Of a DNA stretch of 64,000 bases, positions 62,101-64,000 are shown piece by piece. How positions within the stretch are numbered: position 1 is the first letter of the stretch; every line of letters begins with the position of its first letter. Origin of the DNA: Amphiscolops sp. MND2022. Lineage: Eukaryota. The stretch is taken from positions 27,528,001 through 27,592,000 of the forward strand of contig OZ076410.1 in the NCBI GenBank assembly GCA_964187785.1, given 5' to 3'. Position numbers and translations under genes: made by a program. The notes under the pieces were generated by a model that was not told the DNA's origin, did not search any database, and was given only the letters and a program-made list of their open reading frames with translations.

Positions 62101-64000
62101 AGTTTTATCATCTCGAGTTTTTCGAAGCTTTTATTTTACCAAAATTCCCTAATCTCGAATGAAAACACACTGAAAATGTCGTTAATAAACAAAAATTTCC
62201 TCATTTTTGACTTTTTGCGGTCATTTTGTAGCCATTCTTCAACAGTAGTCTGCAAATATTCCTTGAAAAGCCTAATTGATTATGAGTTTAGAAGTCTTTG
62301 TTGAAGGTTTGCCATCAATATGAGCAATGCTCTCATCAAAAGTTGTAAAACATAGCTCTTTTTTCCGATGGTGAGTTGATTGTGTTGAAACGTAGAACGA
62401 AATATCTTGGAATTGTACAGAAAAACGACAAAACTTTCGTTTTTTTTGACAATTCAGGTCAATTTAGGGCATTTTTCAATAACAACTCGAACTTATCTGG
62501 TTAACAAAATCTCTCTAGAACAACAAATTTTCCCACGCCATAGGCGTCGTAACAATCTAGTCCACGAAGTTGGTCGTTATTCTGACAAAAATTGGTACAT
62601 AAAGAGTGAATTGTTGTCTTTTTCATTGTCGATCTCCGACAGTTTTCGTTTAAAAACTGCATTTGTCTTTTTTCTTAGCAAACTGGACGACACATTCTTT
62701 CCTTGTGGAAACATTGATTGTAGAAAAATCTTCGTTTCAAATTTTCTGACTCTGTGCGTCGTTCCGAAACTTTCATTTGGTCAAAGAGTACCCCTTGCTT
62801 TCATCGCTGACTTGGGCCATGAGAAAAAAGTGTTGCGAGCTGAAACTCGTTTCGCGACATTAGAACGTTACCGAAAAAAAATACAAAAAAAGTGAAATTT
62901 TTGTGATTCCTGTCGGACAAATAGTGGTTTCCTAGTCTCAGGCGTATATCTTGAGGTAATTTTTAACACTGAGAAAATGGTAAAAGCTTGAAACTAGGTC
63001 CTTTACAAACTTAGGAAAGTTGCATGATCTCGGTTTGTTATATTGTTGCACATAGTTTCCCCGGAAATGTCAAAACAAGATGAACCTACTGATGTCTCTT
63101 CAAGTTTAAGCCTACTGGACACCGAGTTTAGCTGATATTGAATGTTTACACTATTCTAACCAACGTTGTAGCTCGAAACTATTTCCTTTGGAAGGTGTAC
63201 TCCAAATCTAATGAGGATTTTGAATATTAAATATTGCACAAAAGTGGTCGAAACTTACGTTTTCAAGTAAAGCTTTCGAACGTTGTGCGAATAAAATAGT
63301 GTGATATCTTTTTGGAACACTACCGGTAGCTACACGTTTCAATCATGAGCATATGATATCTCTGATTGGAGTAAACTTTCGGAAAGTGTCCAAAATTGGG
63401 ACTACATTGTCGAAAGTAAAAAAAGTTCGGAAACTTTGACACTTTTGTTGTGAACTCGATGAACTTCATTCCACGTTTTGCCCCAATTGAATACGGTTTT
63501 GAATACCTTATTTTTGATAAACGCTCAAGTCATTGGAAGTTCCCTTCTTCACAAACTTTCGATGTTTGAACGAAAGTTGAGATTAGTTTGCCAAACAACG
63601 TGTTTTTTTTGTTGTTTCATGAAATTTTGGGTGTTTTTAAGGCCAATTCCAACAAAAAAGCAATTAATTCTTCCAAATTGTCTACTGGAGTTACCCGAAT
63701 TAGTCATTGTTGAGTATTCGAAACCATTTTATGCAAGGAAGTAGCGCAAAAAATGAACAAAAAACTACGTAAAAATGTAGAAAAAACTTGAAACTTCTCA
63801 GTTTTCTCAATATTTGAGTCATTCTGAGGAAACTTTAGACCACAATATAGGCATTTTTTGAAAAACGTGCTTCGGACCTAGTTTTATCATCTCGAGTTTT
63901 TCGAAGCTTTTATTTTACCAGAATTCCCTAATCTCGAATGAAAACACACTGAAAATGTCGTTAATAAACAAAAATTTCCTCATTTTTGACTTTTTGCGGT
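59150..64000. repeat. Tandem array with ~1.78 kb unit (about 2.7 copies, runs off the window)
   Basis: Marker CTGACTCTGTGCGTCGTTCCG at 59184, 60967 and 62746 (periods 1783 and 1779); units align throughout. Confidence 0.93.

Noticed and set aside
59064-63744. Recurrent 60-160 aa ORFs in the tandem array
   Set aside because: Low-complexity F/K/L-rich translations with frames not conserved between units; no domain motifs.

Overview
Eukaryotic, AT-rich, intron-containing metazoan (invertebrate-like) DNA; the species cannot be determined from the window. Host genes: (i) the last two coding exons of ORC1 (+, 1220-2329); (ii) a convergent DEG/ENaC-family channel gene (-). Its first coding exon (47290-48637: TM1, FPAVTICN, LDLa repeats, CUB domain) is splice-phase compatible with two downstream exons (6843-7193, 5595-6508) across a ~40.1 kb intron. 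About 82% of that intron is three complete LTR retrotransposons, each with a 5-bp target-site duplication (TSD): a BEL/Pao element (12436-20568, +), an old decayed Gypsy-type element with an env-like ORF (20698-30118, +), and a young 15.4 kb Gypsy-type element with intact gag and pol (31214-46576, -). The most striking feature is in the young element. Between pol and the 3' LTR it carries an antisense, six-intron gene (33165-37556, +) for a ~1130 aa protein with a BED-like zinc finger and a degenerate hAT-transposase-like body, apparently catalytically dead, with one frameshift. Its gag ORF also starts inside the LTR. Upstream of the channel gene lie a decayed relative of that element (~50865-58850, +) and a ~1.78 kb tandem repeat array running off the window end. 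All alignments and mismatch counts were done by eye; no database searches were run.
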